From Chiloscyllium plagiosum (lineage: Eukaryota): DNA of 64,000 nucleotides. This document shows, piece by piece, positions 62,797-64,000 of the stretch (position 1 is its first letter; each line of letters opens with the position of its first letter). The notes beneath the pieces were generated by a model. The model was not told where the DNA came from. It did no database searches and was given only the letters and a program-made list of their open reading frames with translations. The DNA lies in contig NC_057753.1 in assembly GCF_004010195.1 (NCBI RefSeq), positions 5,375,435 to 5,439,434 on the forward strand, read 5' to 3'. A program made the translations under genes and the position numbers.

Positions 62797-64000
62797 GAAA
62801 CTAGTTAAAGCTTTTTCCACAGTCAGGTCACTAGAACACTCTCACTCAGATGCGTGCCTTTGAGCTTTTTCAGTTAAATATATGTTTGAAATCTCACCCC
62901 TCAGGCAGAACGGAGAATCATTTCTCTTTGCACATTCAGAAGGTCCTGATGAATTGGGTGACTCTGTCAGGTGCTGATGTGATGTTCATTTTGACTTGTC
63001 CTCTGTAAATTCTCTCCTCTAATCCCCCCTGTAAAAAGAGTGAACAAAAATCACTTAAACTACAGGATAAAAATTCAGAACAGGCAATTCCAGTGTCTGT
63101 GGAATACTTTCCTCTCTTGTTGCTCCAAAAGCTGTAAAATCCTATCCTACACACTCTCGTTCTCCTGGACTGGAATATCAATAAAGTGTGGGACAATTGT
63201 CTCTTATTCTCACGAATCAACTGTCACAGATGCATATATCTGTGTATTGGTAAGGGCAACTACTGTACAGTTCTTGCAATGCACCAAGTTATGTCTTCAC
63301 ATTGAGCATAGCCTCCCATCATATTGGTAGAGAATAGCACCTTGCTCTTTATTCTGTCATAGGTTGTGGGTGTGGCTGGCAAGGTCCAAAAATGTTACCC
63401 ATTGCTAATTGCTAAGTGGCTTGCTCAGCCCTTTCAGATTGCAGTTTAGAGTTGCTATAGATCTGTGGTCACATGTCGGCTAGACCAGGAGGAACGGCAG
63501 ATTTCCTTCCTTACAAGTTATTTGTTAACGAGGTGCGCTTTCTACAACAATCAATGATAGTTTCATGAGCACCAATACTGCAATTAATTTTCAATTCCAG
63601 CTTTATTAACTGAGTTGGAATTCCATCGGTTGCTGTGGTGTTTTGAATCCATATCCACAGACCATTAGACTGGGCCTCTTTATTACTACTTACAGCTACA
63701 CCAGTGAGAGAGCCAGGAGAACTCTACTCAACCAAAATCTGTAACCTCAGGGCATGCAATGAGGTGTTAACCTGGTGAGGCAACAACCAAGACTATTTGA
63801 ATGCAAAACAGTGGAAGTAGTAAGTGATTGAGCGAGCTGATCCCACAACATTTACATCAGGCTGACACTCCACAGTCCTGCTGCATCCAGTCATGAATGG
63901 TGGTGGACAATTAAACAACTCACTGGAGCAGGGCCCCCACAAATATTCCCATGCTCAATGATGAAGGAGCTCGGCACATCACTGCAAATGGCAAAGCTGA

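Overview
Vertebrate, almost certainly shark (elasmobranch), genomic DNA: several copies look like the HE1-type tRNA-derived SINE and its partner CR1-clade LINE. The window is part of a tandem C2H2 zinc-finger gene cluster. Four single-exon finger arrays are present (about 6.1 kb +, 27.6 kb +, 45.2 kb +, 62.0 kb -). They share a conserved exon head, a conserved leader finger (PWKCxDCGKxFxxPxxLExHxRxH) and a conserved 3'UTR element, and show no recognisable KRAB/SCAN/BTB domain. Three CpG-rich promoters are built from a ~61-bp unit containing a CCAAT box, a GC box and a TGGAGGAC...GTCCTCCA inverted repeat. Most remaining sequence is decayed retroelement: CR1, L2, RTE, Penelope-like elements (PLEs), a Gmr1-type Gypsy and SINEs. 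The most notable signal is many minimal type-I hammerhead ribozyme motifs in four sequence families with covarying stems, carried by PLE termini and short fold-back derivatives. TE boundaries are approximate and were read by eye; no database search was run.
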